Source: Eledone cirrhosa
Taxonomy: Eukaryota
Length of the DNA: 64,000 nucleotides
Direction of reading: 5' to 3'
Assembly: GCA_964016885.1 (NCBI GenBank)
Contig: OZ024741.1
Coordinates: 65,596,001 to 65,660,000 of the forward strand
Shown: positions 29,335 to 45,651 of the stretch, piece by piece
How positions within the stretch are numbered: the first letter of the stretch is position 1
Layout of the letters: each line of letters begins with the position of its first letter
Notes under the pieces: model-generated
Told to the model about the DNA's origin: nothing
Database searches by the model: none
What the model saw: the letters and a program-made list of their open reading frames with translations, nothing else
Translations under genes and position numbers: made by a program

Positions 29335-30072
29335 GTAGATTAGAGAGCATAGAAATAATATGTAGATTAGAGAGCATAGAAATAAAAATAGAATCCACAC
29401 ACAGAAAAGACGCAATGTTTAGGCAAATTACAGAGGCAGTAAGCATAAAAGAATTAAAACCAAAATTAAATAGAAAATATGAGTGGAACAGCAACATCAC
29501 AACCTACAATTAAGGACAAAATGAAAACACACACACACATAGAACAAACAACTTACAATTAAGGACAAAATGAAAACACACACAAAATGAAAACACACAC
29601 AGGACAAAATGAAAACACACACACACATAGAACAAACAACCAACCAACAATAAATAAATAAATAAACAAAATAGATAAATGAACACAAACACACACAGAC
29701 ACCCGGATGTGCGCATATGCAAACTGAGCAAACAACACACACAGAAAACATAATGGCGTAGGATAGAAGAAAGGAAAGGCACAGAAACGAAGAAGGAATC
29801 CCAGTCACTGAAGAGGTCACAGAGTGTGTGACGAAAGGACTATGACTATATATAAACAACTATCTGGTTGTGGAACCAACCAACCAACCAGAAATTTATA
29901 AGTTTGTGAATTTGTAAATTTATAAATTTATAAATATATAATAAATTGAAGTGAAAGCAACTGGTGCGTGTGTTTCTTATTGGCAACATGACCCTCCCAA
30001 AGTATAACAATATCGGTTTCAACACACGATGTTCAGATAAAGAATGCTTGCTACACAAATTCAGAAACGACA
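29335..30072 (+). mobile_element. 5'-truncated PLE family B: GIY-YIG C-terminus, AC-rich UTR, hammerhead and tail
   Basis: Reads [26 protein letters not shown], resembling the GIY-YIG E...LN C-terminal motifs; hammerhead core at 29803-29847. Confidence 0.7.
29803..29847 (+). ncRNA. Predicted minimal type I hammerhead ribozyme B (copy at 34727-34771)
   Basis: agtca-CTGAAGA-g gtcaca gagtg tgtgac-GAAA-ggac-TA-tgact; stem I agtca/tgact. Confidence 0.75.
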
Positions 30073-30703
30073 TATATATATATATATATATGCATATATA
30101 TGCATATATATATATATATATATATATGCATATATATATATATATGCATATATATATATATATGCATATATATATATATATATATATATGCATATATATA
30201 TATATATATATGCATATATATATATATATATATATATATGCATATATATATATATATATATATATATGCATATATATATATGCATATATATATATATGCA
30301 TATATATATATGCATATATATTATATATATATGCATATATATATATATGCATATATATATATGCATATATATATATATGCATATATATATATGCATATAT
30401 ATATATGCATATATATATATATATGCATATATATATATATATATATGCATATATATATATATATGCATATATATATATATGCGCATATATATATATATAT
30501 ATATGCATATATGTATATATGCATTTATATATATATATATATATATGCATATATATATATAAGCGCATATATATATATATATAATATATATATATATATG
30601 CATATATATATATATATGCATATATATATATATATATATATGCATATATATATATATGCATATATATATATATATATGCATATATATATATATATATATA
30701 TGC

Positions 30704-30739
<36 letters not shown>

Positions 30740-30773
30740 TATAATATATATATATCTATATTATATATATATA

Positions 30774-30846
<73 letters not shown>

Positions 30847-31009
30847 TGATATATTATATGTATATATATATGCATATATATATGTATATATATATATGCA
30901 TATATATATTATATATATATATATATGCATATATATATATGTATATATATATATGCATATATATATATATATATATATATATGCATATATATATATGTAT
31001 ATATATATA

Positions 31010-31092
<83 letters not shown>

Positions 31093-31120
31093 GCATATAT
31101 ATATATGTATATATATATGC

Positions 31121-31156
<36 letters not shown>

Positions 31157-31208
31157 GCATATATATATATATATATATATATAATGCATATATATATATG
31201 TATATATA

Positions 31209-31254
<46 letters not shown>

Positions 31255-31288
31255 TATATATATATGTATATATATATATGCATATATA

Positions 31289-31329
<41 letters not shown>

Positions 31330-31506
31330 TATATATATATGTATATATATATATGCATATAAATATATTATATATATATATATGAATATATATATGTATA
31401 TATATATATATGCATATATATATGTATATATATATATGCATATATATATATATATATATGCATATATATATATATATATATATGCATATATATATTATAT
31501 ATATGC

Positions 31507-31538
<32 letters not shown>

Positions 31539-31893
31539 TATATATATATATATATGCATATATAATAATATATATATATATGCATATATATATATATTAT
31601 ATATATAGATATATATATATATATATAGATAGATATATATATATGCATATATATATATATATGCATATATATATATATATAATATATATATATATGCATA
31701 TATCATATATATATTATATTATGCATATATATAGATAGATATATATATATGCATATATATATATATATTTATGCATATATATATATGCATATATATAAAT
31801 AGCATATATATAATATATATATATATATATGCATATATATCAAGATAGATCTATATATATGGCATATATAGTCAATATATTATATATATATAT
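30073..31893. repeat. (TA)n microsatellite with TGCA interruptions; similar tracts at 34994-36412, 37707-37932, 38741-39209, 45730-49567, 50009-50608 and 50930-54120
   Basis: Directly visible. Confidence 0.95.
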
Positions 31894-31967
31894 ATGCCAT
31901 ATAAAAGAACAGAAAGATGGATAAAGGAGTTCCATATATTTATTATGCGCATTTCAAAAACAAACAT

Positions 31968-32167
31968 NNNNNNNNNNNNNNNNNNNNNNNNNNNNNNNNN
32001 NNNNNNNNNNNNNNNNNNNNNNNNNNNNNNNNNNNNNNNNNNNNNNNNNNNNNNNNNNNNNNNNNNNNNNNNNNNNNNNNNNNNNNNNNNNNNNNNNNNN
32101 NNNNNNNNNNNNNNNNNNNNNNNNNNNNNNNNNNNNNNNNNNNNNNNNNNNNNNNNNNNNNNNNNNN
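31968..32167. other. Assembly gap (200 N)
   Basis: Run of N. Confidence 1.
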
Positions 32168-32223
32168 TATATATATATGTATATATATATATGTATATAT
32201 ATATATATGTATATATATATATG

Positions 32224-32270
<47 letters not shown>

Positions 32271-32271
32271 G

Positions 32272-32311
<40 letters not shown>

Positions 32312-32313
32312 TT

Positions 32314-32450
32314 ATTATTTCTGAAGACGGCATATGTATGTGTTGGTATGTATATTATATTTGATAGTTTGTATAATTTTGTACATAGATCTGTTGAATA
32401 TGCATGCCAATTCTAACACATATATGTCCTAGAAACGATCGTTAAATAAT
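32314..32450 (+). ncRNA. Predicted type I hammerhead ribozyme A with very long stem II
   Basis: attattt-CTGAAGA-[about 105-nt hairpin]-GAAA-CGATCG-TT-aaataat. Confidence 0.7.
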
Positions 32451-32647
32451 GAACTTTTTTTGTTTAATATAAGGAACTGTTTCATTGTTTTATTCATTAT
32501 TTTTTTTATATTTTATCTAGACTCTGTATTCCGTTTATCTTTCACCGAAAGTGATTTTTGAATGCATCTCTTCTTTCCATGATATCCAGATTACATTGAG
32601 TTCTTCATACGGATTGGACACTACCGTAAACTCTTGGTAGATTTATC

Positions 32648-32761
<114 letters not shown>

Positions 32762-32774
32762 TGTATATATATTG

Positions 32775-32832
<58 letters not shown>

Positions 32833-32838
32833 TGTATG

Positions 32839-32999
<161 letters not shown>

Positions 33000-33000
33000 G

Positions 33001-33087
<87 letters not shown>

Positions 33088-33109
33088 GTATATATATATG
33101 TATATGTAT

Positions 33110-33141
<32 letters not shown>

Positions 33142-33205
33142 GTATATATATATGTATATATATATATGTATATATATGTATATATATATATGTATATATA
33201 TATGT

Positions 33206-33237
<32 letters not shown>

Positions 33238-33542
33238 GTATATATATATGTATATATATATATGTATATATATGTATATATATATATGTATATATATATG
33301 TATATATATATATGTATATATATGTATATATATATATGTATATATATATATGTATATATATGTATATATATGTATATATATATGTATATATATATATGTA
33401 TATATATGTATATATATATGTATATATATATATGTATATATATGTATATATATATATGTATATATATATGTATATATATATATGTATATATATGTATATA
33501 TATATATGTATATATATATATATGTATATATATATATGTATG

Positions 33543-33573
<31 letters not shown>

Positions 33574-33616
33574 GTATATGTATATATGTATATATATATA
33601 TGTATATGTATATATG

Positions 33617-33729
<113 letters not shown>

Positions 33730-33772
33730 GTATATATATATATGTATATATATATATGTATATATATATATG

Positions 33773-33903
<131 letters not shown>

Positions 33904-33918
33904 GTATATATATATATG

Positions 33919-33949
<31 letters not shown>

Positions 33950-33962
33950 GGATATATATATG

Positions 33963-34238
<276 letters not shown>

Positions 34239-34242
34239 TACG

Positions 34243-34275
<33 letters not shown>

Positions 34276-34993
34276 GTAGATTAGAGAGCATAGAAATAAA
34301 AATAGAATCCACACACAGAAAAGACGCAATGTTTAGGCAAATTACAGAGGCAGTAAGCATAAAAGAATTAAAACCAAATTAAATAGAAAATATGAGTGGA
34401 ACAGCAACATCACAACCTACAATTAAGGACAAAATGAAAACACACACACACATAGAACAAACAACTTACAATTAAGGACAAAATGAAAACACACACAAAA
34501 TGAAAACACACACAGGACAAAATGAAAACACACACACACATAGAACAAACAACCAACCAACAATAAATAAATAAATAAATAAATAAACAAATAGATAAAT
34601 GAACACAAACACACACAGACACCCGGATGTGGCGCATATGCAAACTGAGCAAACAACACACACACAGAAACATAATGGCGTAGGATAGAAGAAAGGAAAG
34701 GCACAGAAACGAAGAAAGGAATCCCCAGTCACTGAAGAGGTCACAGAGTGTGTGACGAAAGGACTATGACTATATATAAACAACTATCTGGTTGTGGAAC
34801 CAACCAACCAACCAGAAATTTATAAGTTTGTGAATTTGTAAATTTATAAATTTATAAATATATAATAAATTGAAGTGAAAGCAACTGGTGCATGTGTTTC
34901 TTATTGGCAACATGACCCTCCCAAAGTATAACAATATCGGTTTCAACACACGATTTCAGATAAAGAATCTTGCTACACAAATTCAGAAACGAC
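34276..34993 (+). mobile_element. Second copy of the PLE family B 3' end
   Basis: Near-identical to 29335-30072. Confidence 0.7.
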
Positions 34994-35018
34994 ATATATA
35001 TATATATATGCATATATA

Positions 35019-35078
<60 letters not shown>

Positions 35079-35552
35079 TATATATGCATATATATATATA
35101 TATGCATATATATATATATATGCATATATATATATATATATATATATGCATATATATATATATATATATATGCATATATATATATATATATATGCATATA
35201 TATATATATATATATATGCATATATATATATATATATATATGCATATATATATATATATATATATATGCATATATATATATGCATATATATATATATGCA
35301 TATATATATATGCATATATATATATATATGCTTATATATATATATGCATATATATATATGCATATATATATATATGCATATATATATATGCATATATATA
35401 TATATATGCATATATATATATATATATGCATATATATATATATATATATGCATATATATATATATATATATGCGCATATATATATATATATATATGCATA
35501 TATGTATATATGCATTTATATATATATATATATATGCATATATATATATAAG

Positions 35553-35590
<38 letters not shown>

Positions 35591-35788
35591 TATATATATA
35601 TGCGCATATATATATATATATATATATATGCATATATATATATATATGCGCATATATATATATATGCATATATATATATATATATATATGCATATATATA
35701 TATATATATATGCATATATATATATATATGCATATATATATATATATATATATATGCATATATATATATGCATATATATATATATATA

Positions 35789-35826
<38 letters not shown>

Positions 35827-35827
35827 C

Positions 35828-35904
<77 letters not shown>

Positions 35905-35910
35905 CATATA

Positions 35911-35941
<31 letters not shown>

Positions 35942-35974
35942 GCATATAATATATATATATATATATATATATTC

Positions 35975-36050
<76 letters not shown>

Positions 36051-36072
36051 TATATATATGTATATATATATA

Positions 36073-36126
<54 letters not shown>

Positions 36127-36188
36127 TATATATATATGTATATATATATATGCATATATATGCATATATATATATGTATATATATATA

Positions 36189-36242
<54 letters not shown>

Positions 36243-36352
36243 TATATATATATATGCATATATATATATATATATATATATGCATATATATATATATATA
36301 TATATGCATATATATATATATATATATATGCATATATATATATATATATATA

Positions 36353-36404
<52 letters not shown>

Positions 36405-36413
36405 TATATATAT

Positions 36414-37706
36414 CATCATCATCATCATCACCGTTTTACGTCCGTTCTTCCACGCTAGCATGGGTTAGACGGGTTGTCCTGTTGTGGGCAGTGTCTGGTC
36501 GGCTGACCATGCCTTGCTCATACAGGAACTGATCTGGCTTGATTTCTACAGCTGGATGCCCTTCCTAACACCAACCTCATTTACAGTGAGTGCTGGGTGC
36601 TTTTTCGTGGCGCCTACACGTCCACTTTACAGTGTGGGCTGGGTGCTTTTTTGCCGTGGCACCTCCACGACCACCTTGCGGTGGGGGGGGGGGGTATTGT
36701 TTATATGCTTCAGCATGTACCCATGGGAGGTCGGGTTCCCTGTATTACTGCGTGACGCCAGAAGTCACGGTCGTGTGTCATTGACTTTGAGAGGTGTAGT
36801 TGGATAAGGTCGGCTTTTATCACCTCATCCCAAGTCATCTTGGGTCTCCCCACTCCGCGGTTTCCATCAACTTCTAGTGCTCTGCACCTTTTTATGCAGC
36901 TGTCATCCTTCATACGCATCACATGTCCATACCAGCGTAACCGCCTCTCCTGCACGCAGCATTTGATTCCTCTTATGCTCAGTCTCTCTCTCAATTCATT
37001 TATGCTTTGTCGTTCACGTATATTACTGTTACACATCCATCGGAGCATGCAGGCTTCGTTTCTCTCTAATCTACGTAAGTCTTCCACCTTCAGCGCCCAG
37101 GTCTCACTACCATGCAACATCGCTGTTCGGATACACGCATCATACAGTCTGCCTTTCATTCTGAGGGAGAAGCCTTTTGCAGCTAGCAGTGGTAGTAGTT
37201 CCCTAAACTTCTTCCATCCCGTTCTTACCCTAGTTATTGTACTTTCTGAGCACCCACCTCCGTTGCTAATTCGGTCACCTAGGTAGCAGAAGCTGTCTAC
37301 TGTTTCTACAGGGCCCTCCCAGAGATTGGTGGTACTTGTTTCCTGTGGCTGTTTGCTTGCTGTTTCAGCACAGCTGCTGCATGTGAATCCTACATTCTTA
37401 ATTAAGCTTCCTGAGATCCCGCTACATCTCTTGTGTACCCATTGTTTGCATTTGGGGCAAAGAATGGAGTTCCTACCTACACCTTTCCTACATACTGAGC
37501 AAGGCCATTTCCCTGAGGGGATCTGGGTTCTGTTTTCTCGTCTACTTATAAGGACCTTAGTCTTTGTCATGTTGACTTTGAGGCCCTTTCTCTCTAGTCC
37601 CTGCTTCCAGGTTTGGAATTTATTCTCTAGTTCTACCATAGATTCAGCTATGAGTGCGAGGTCATCAGCATACAGGAGTTCCCATGGGCATCCGGTCTTA
37701 AACTCC
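36414..37706 (-). mobile_element. 5'-truncated RTE LINE of a sister subfamily
   Basis: ORF 36710-37639 with C4HC3 finger, FCYLG, RLRWYGHVMRM; 3' UTR and (GAT)n tail; starts at [15 protein letters not shown]. Confidence 0.92.
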
Positions 37707-37798
37707 TATATATATATGCATATATATATATATATGTATATATATATATGCATATATATATATATATGTATATATATATATGCATATATATATATATA

Positions 37799-37836
<38 letters not shown>

Positions 37837-37846
37837 TATATATATA

Positions 37847-37880
<34 letters not shown>

Positions 37881-37932
37881 TATATATATATATATATATA
37901 TGCATATATATATGCATATATATATGTATATA

Positions 37933-38740
37933 TAATGAGTTCGTTGATGGGGAGAAAAAAATAAACAATAATAATAAATTAAGGATGAAATTGAGATATA
38001 TTAATTTATTATTATTATTTATTTTTTTCTCCCCATCAACGAACTCATTATTAATACATATTAACTCTTTATTCGCATATATTATCAATTCAATATACAA
38101 ACTTTAACTTCACATTATTTTTCTCAAATCCTTCTACACACAAACCTTAACAATTTTTCTCTTCGCTAATTTTGAAATTGCCACAATACATACATTTCTT
38201 CTTTTGACGTTAGAATATTCACCCACAATTATTATTTTTTTCTCTCTATCTTCATACATAATTTCCCTTCGTTAATTTTCAAATTCCTTTAATTTATACA
38301 TTATCTTCCAACGGTTCCCAACCTCTCTATATTAAAACAATATATCTTTTTCTCAGTTATAAAAACTATCTCTTTCTCTCTATCACCCATCTCTCCCTCT
38401 CATCTCCTTCCCTTTTCATCCCCCCCCCTCTCTAAATAAAATATTTTTCCCAATATCACACATCAATCTAAAACCACTTTTCATATGTTGATTTAAAACT
38501 GCACTATCCACAAGTGTTTTTTAGCCTTCATATCATGTTCTCCTGTTTTATCTGATGAAAACACAAATATTATTGCTTGATGATGTTTGTTTTTGAAATG
38601 CGCATAATAAAATATATGGAACTCCTTTAACCATCTTTTGATCTTATATTATGCATACTCCAGTCCCACAAACTGTAGAGTGCTTCTTATCCGATATCTG
38701 CATTGCTTTATTGTACTACAATAAAACTCACCTCCTACAT
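37933..38740 (+). mobile_element. PLE family C 3' remnant with 5' fold-back, pyrimidine-rich UTR and hammerhead
   Basis: Hammerhead at 38546-38612; reverse-complement partial copy at 31896-31967; embedded in (TA)n. Confidence 0.6.
38546..38612 (+). ncRNA. Predicted type I hammerhead ribozyme C
   Basis: ttttat-CTGATGA-aaacacaaatattat...gatgatgtttgttttt-GAAA-TGCGCA-TA-ataaaa; palindromic stem III. Confidence 0.8.
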
Positions 38741-38844
38741 TATATATGCATATATATATATATATATATATATATGCATATATATATATATCTGCATATA
38801 TATATATATATATCTGCATATATATATATATATACATATATATA

Positions 38845-38880
<36 letters not shown>

Positions 38881-39028
38881 TATATATATATATATGCATA
38901 TATATATATATATATATGCATATATATATATATATGCATATATATATATATATATATATGCATATATATATATATATATATATGCATATATATATATATA
39001 TATATGCATATATATATATATATATATA

Positions 39029-39066
<38 letters not shown>

Positions 39067-39405
39067 TATATATATATATATATATATATGCATATATATA
39101 TATATATATATATGCATATATATATATATATATGCATATATATATATATATATATATGCATATATATATATATATATATGCATATATATATGCATATATA
39201 TATATATATGTAGATAAATCTACCAAGAGTTTACGGTAGTGTCCAATCCGTATGAAGAACTCAATGTATTCCGGATATCATGGAAAGAAGAGATGTAATG
39301 AAAAATCACTTTCGGTGAAAGATAAACGGTATACAGAGTCAAGATAAAATATTAAACAAATAATGAATAAACAATGAAACAGTTCCTTATATTAAACAAA
39401 AAAAG

Positions 39406-39559
39406 TTCATTATTTAACGATCGTTTCTAGGATATATATGTGTTAGAATTGGCATGCATATTCAACAGATCTATGTACAAAATTATACAAAATTATACAA
39501 ACTATCAAGATTAAATATACATACCAACACATATATACGCCGTCTTCAGAAATAATGAA
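39406..39559 (-). ncRNA. Predicted hammerhead ribozyme A, complete copy with 10-bp stem I
   Basis: Minus strand: ttcattattt-CTGAAGA-cggcgtatatatgtgttgg...aacacatatatatccta-GAAA-CGATCG-TT-aaataatgaa. Confidence 0.75.
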
Positions 39560-40187
39560 ATATATTTATTGATAATAACAACAATTCAAATTTTCAGGTC
39601 CGTTTGGGAACAAAATTGACCAATGAAAATACAAAAGGTTTAATGCAGTTCGGTGTGTGTATATACATGTAACTACCCTTACACATATTTTACAAAAATG
39701 TATGCACAACTTGTATACGCATACAAAAAGGATGGATGCAAATACAAAATTTCAAGGTTAATGTCTCTGTAAGTTTATAATGCACAGATAAGATGCGTAT
39801 AGACACATAAATATGAAATAAGTGTATACACATATTTTCATACTAACACATATCCGTACAATCACACATACACGCGCGTATATGCATAAACATACACATA
39901 AACTACGAACATACAAACACACACACACCCCCACTCACATATATATATGTGGATATAAAATCCTAAGCACATGGATATTAATTCACTCACATAAACACTG
40001 GCACACACATTTAGATCAAGATACAGAAATTAGGTGGGAGGGGGGGAGAGGTCAGTATTCAACGGTTTGGGCAGACTGCTTAATATAGATGTATCTATAA
40101 ACTAAGAAAATAAAAAATAATAAATAATAAATAAACATTAAAAAGGAAAGAAAAGAAAAAGAAAAAAGAAAAAAGAAATATATCAAG

Positions 40188-40257
<70 letters not shown>

Positions 40258-40407
40258 CACACACATACACACATATATATACATACACATATACAAACAC
40301 ATACATACATATACACACATCCACACTTAGAACATACATACACACACATATATAAACATATACATATACACACATACATACATATACACACATACATATA
40401 AATACAC

Positions 40408-40478
<71 letters not shown>

Positions 40479-40767
40479 CACTCATACATACACATATAAT
40501 CACACATACTATATAGACACACATATATATACACACATACACGCACATATACATACACTTACATACATATATACACATACAGATATACACATACATACCT
40601 ATATATACACACAAATACATACAGACATATATACATACATACAGACAAATACTTACGCATCTATATATCGGTATATACATACAAACACCACTACACTCTC
40701 ACACAACTCAGACATACAAAGAAAAAGGTATATACCTATACACATATACATATACAAATAGAGAAAC

Positions 40768-40832
<65 letters not shown>

Positions 40833-41031
40833 CACACATACACACATACACATACATACACATACATACATGTACACACACATAGATATATATACACACA
40901 TACACACATACACACATACATATATAGTCATACACACACATACACCTACACGAACATACACATACACATATATAAAGATATATATACACACACACACATA
41001 CATACACACACACACATATATATAAAAAATA

Positions 41032-41097
<66 letters not shown>

Positions 41098-41428
41098 CAT
41101 ATACATACACACATACATAGACATATATGTACATACATACACATACATAGATACATACACACACATACATACATATATATATACACACATAGACATATAC
41201 ATACATACACACACAACATACATACACACATATATACTCATACATAGAATTAGATATATAATCATACATACATACGCACTTACATATACTCATATATACA
41301 AATACATACGCATCCATATATGCGTATATACAAAGAAACACCACTACACCCTCACCCAACTCAGACATACAAAGAAAAAGGCATATACATATACATATAT
41401 ACACGCATTAATAGAGATATATATACAC

Positions 41429-41459
<31 letters not shown>

Positions 41460-41801
41460 CACTTATATACATATACCCACACACACATACAACCATAAAT
41501 ACACATACAAACACCCACATATACATATATATACACATATATATATATACACACACATAAAAAACAGACATGCACATATATATATTTTTTTTTACACATA
41601 TATATACGCATATATATACACATTCACATATATATGTGTGTGCACATACACATATATATACATACACACATATACACATAAACACATATATGTGTATACA
41701 TGCACACACACACATATATCCACATAGATACGAAGATAGACATATAAATAGAGAGACATACATATATATACACACACACATATACATACATACATACACA
41801 C

Positions 41802-41874
<73 letters not shown>

Positions 41875-43190
41875 CAGACATACACATACACATATACATA
41901 CACATGCATATATACACATATACACATACATACACACATATATATATACACACACAATCTTACATTCTTATTTGCATGCGCATATATGTATTTTTATATT
42001 CAGATATAAATACCCAAACATATATACACCTACCTACATATATATTCATACATACACGCTTACAAACACAGATGATAATAGTATGGGGGAAAGGGGGGGG
42101 TGGAAAAGGGGATTATAGTAAATATATGTTTCAAGAAACATAGAATATTATCCGTATCTAAATCCAATGTATGTTTTTACATAGTTTCAGTGTTAGGAAA
42201 TACAATAAACAAGAAATAAGGCAAAATTTATGCATTTCAAAATAAATAAGTATACCATTAATTATATGTTAACTAAACTAAAGATAGTTAACTTATTGAT
42301 TTCTAAGGTGTAAATTATTTAGGTTTATAATATTTGAAGCAGAATTTTGAAGTTAAATAGTAGTAGAGTATTAATTATAGTATAACTAAATTAAAGTTAA
42401 TAACGTTATGGTATCAATATTAGGAAATGAATTTAGTAATAGGGAAAAAACAAATAAAGTATTACATCGGTAGTAGAATATAAATTATAGGTTAACTAAA
42501 TTAAAAATTATATATTTATTTCTATAGTATATGTTAATTAGGTATATAATAAATAAAACAGATATTGTATTTTATCAATAGCAGAATATAATTATATGCA
42601 AATAGAAATCAAAATTAATACATATACATATACATATACATACACATATATATATACATATATATACACATATATATACATATATACACATATACACACG
42701 CACACACATACACATACACATATACATATACATATTTTTTCAAAAATTGCAAAGAATATATTAACTAGGTATATATCCAAAACACATCCCATTCTATGAT
42801 TACATGACATTCTGCAATTCGTCTGTATAAGGATACTAATTTTAAGCCAATTAAATTAAATTTTTAGGTTGATTAAAATTAAAACCAAATTATAAATATA
42901 TTTCTAAAATGTATATTAATTAGGTCTATAATACTAAAAATTATTTCTCTGTCATTGGATACACGATATTTTGTTATATTTTATCTGTAAAAGAATTATA
43001 ATAAAAGGTTTAAATAAATTAAAATTAATCTATAAATTAAATTACTAAGTATATATTAGTAATATTTAAAGGTTTTTCACAATTTATGATTACATAATAT
43101 TTTATATTCTCATCTGTAATAGAGTTTTAATTAAATTAAATTTATAGGTTAACTAACATTTAAATTAAATTAATTTCTAAAATAATGTTA

Positions 43191-45651
43191 TTAATTAGGT
43201 TTATAATATTTAAATGTTTTTTTTAGTTTATGATTACACGATATAATTAATTCCTGTCGTTTATTTAATAGGATATCTTTAGATTTCATTATTTCAAATA
43301 GTTCTTGGGAACATAATCTACATTCATTTCTATTATTTTGATAAGGGGTGGCTCTTTTGAGCACACTCCAGGTCAAATCATATTCTATATTCTTATTTTT
43401 ATAACTATTGATTTTTTCTGCTAGAGATGTTGTATAGCCAGTGCGGCATTTTTAAAACTATGCTTGTGGGTATTAAACCTTGTCTTAAAATTGTTAGAGG
43501 TAGCTCCTATATATGAGCAAATAGAATCTTTAGTTTTAACATTACATTTATAGACTATGTTGTTAACAAGACAATTCCCTTTTAATGGGCAGTTTGCTTT
43601 GTTTCTACAGTTACAACCTTTCGTTAATTCTGTATTTGAGGAGATATTATGGTTAATTTGATGTACTGGTGGTATACTTATGGTTTTCTTACATTTATAT
43701 GCATTATAGGCACTTATATTTTGTTTTATGTTATTTGTTGTAGAGTATGAGAATTTAACTGTAGACCTATTTAAGATTTGATGGTATTTGTGGTTTGGCG
43801 GGAAGTTTTTCTCTAGGATATAAAAAATTTTTTTAGCAATATTATCCTTAATTTGTAAATTAAATGGAGCATTATACCAAGTAACCCCGTCTATTACGGT
43901 TTCTATGTTGTTTATTATTTTTATTATTTTTATAGGTTGTATCGTGATTTTTACTAGGAGGATTAATGTTAATGATCTCACCACAACCATTTTTAGTTAT
44001 ATTTGTAGATTTAGGTGTTTTATCCTTTTTATTAGGAGTTTTATTATTAATATTTATTAGAGTTGTATGATAAGTAGTTTTTTGAGAGTTACTATACTTT
44101 ATATTAGAAGATTTGGTATTTTGGGGTATAGTGTGGGTGGCATTTAGGTGTGTACTTTTCATTTGGTGTTTGTTGGTAATATTAGGTTGTATGCTTTCAG
44201 TATTTTAGTAGAAGGTATATATTCTAATCTATTTTTGTGGCCACTTCTATCTAGAGCTTCGTTATAGAAGGTCGCATTTTTATCAAATACATCTTGGTTA
44301 GAAGAAAGGTTAGAAATTCTAAGTGATATATTATATGCAAGGTTTTTAAGGATAGATTTAGGGTGATTAGATTGTGAGTGTATGTAATGTAAGTTTTGGT
44401 TGGTTTATGGTAAGGTTGGTAGATACCCGTAGCTAAATCTAAAGTTATATCTAGGAAATTTACTACTTTACTTGTTTTTTCAAAAGTAATATTAAGATTA
44501 TAATAGTCTTTAAGGAAAGTTCTAATATGTTTTTTGTTTTTTTCAATTTCTGAAAGGCTAAGGTTGTTAGAAAGAAGAAGACAGTCATCACGATATAAAC
44601 CACCTTTGAGGTGGGGAAAGGAGGCATTTATGTTGAAAAGGAGAAAGAGGCCCACAAGATCAGTAATTTGGGCGGAATCGCTTGAACCCATAGTAATATC
44701 AAATAGATTACTATATGTGTTTCTGGTCCAGTATTCATTCTGAAATTCAATAAGTGTTAGTCTAGCATGTGTAATAATATTAATGTCATCCAAAGTTAAG
44801 TTAGATCTATTTTTAGCAAATATCAATGCTTTGTTCAGGAGTATAGGTGATATAGAAGAATAGTAATTATCTATATCAAATTGTAGAAATGAAGCAGAAG
44901 ATTTACATCTAATATTTTTAAACCAGTTAATTACCTGGGAGGTGTTTTCCCAGAGTGGTAAAATAACGTGTTTTCTTATTTGTGGGATGACTCTATCCAA
45001 AATTTTTTTGCTAATTATTCCAATATCTGATTTGGAGGGACATATAAGTCTAATAGAAGGATTTGAGTTAAAATTTGATTTATGATCCTTCAGGTTGAAG
45101 TGTGGTCTTTTCAATGCCAAAGGTTCAGTTCTATCTTCAATGTTTAGTTTTTTTACTATGTTGTGTGTTTTGTTGTTGATGTTGGTGAGTGACGCATTAT
45201 TAGATTTTTTATAATTTTTTCTGAGTTCTTTATATATGAACTCATTATAATGTTCAATATCCATATGATACAAGTTACCAGTTTTGTCCGAGTGGACATG
45301 GATTTTTTTAGACTTTTTTAGGTCCAATAGGGTAGAATCAAGGTCCTTTTGAAAGACGGATTTATACTTTTTAAATTTGAGGTGTTTAATTAAATTAAAA
45401 AGGTCTTTCTCGAAGTCTTCAAGTAAAAAGTTGTGTGGTGGATTCTTGTAAGTATTGAAATCATACATATATTTCCGATCTGCTTGTTTAGATTTTCTAT
45501 CGAAGTGGTAGGCTCTCCATCTAACCCTTCTGATAAAATTATTAGTTTTTTGAATCATAAGGAGTAAGAAGTCATCCTTAGAAGGTATTGGTATGTTTTT
45601 TAAAGAGGTTCCTAAATATTGTTTTTCCATTGTGATATGGATGATGGACAA
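43191..45651 (-). pseudogene. PLE RT/GIY-YIG ORF broken by frameshifts
   Basis: SDKTGN, FDIDNYYSSI, TMGSSDSAQITDLVG, LYRDD, VNFLDITL; then WYNAPF, CNCRNKANCPL, VYKC...SYIGATS..FKTRF..H, CRLCSQE, LLNKRQE. Confidence 0.9.
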
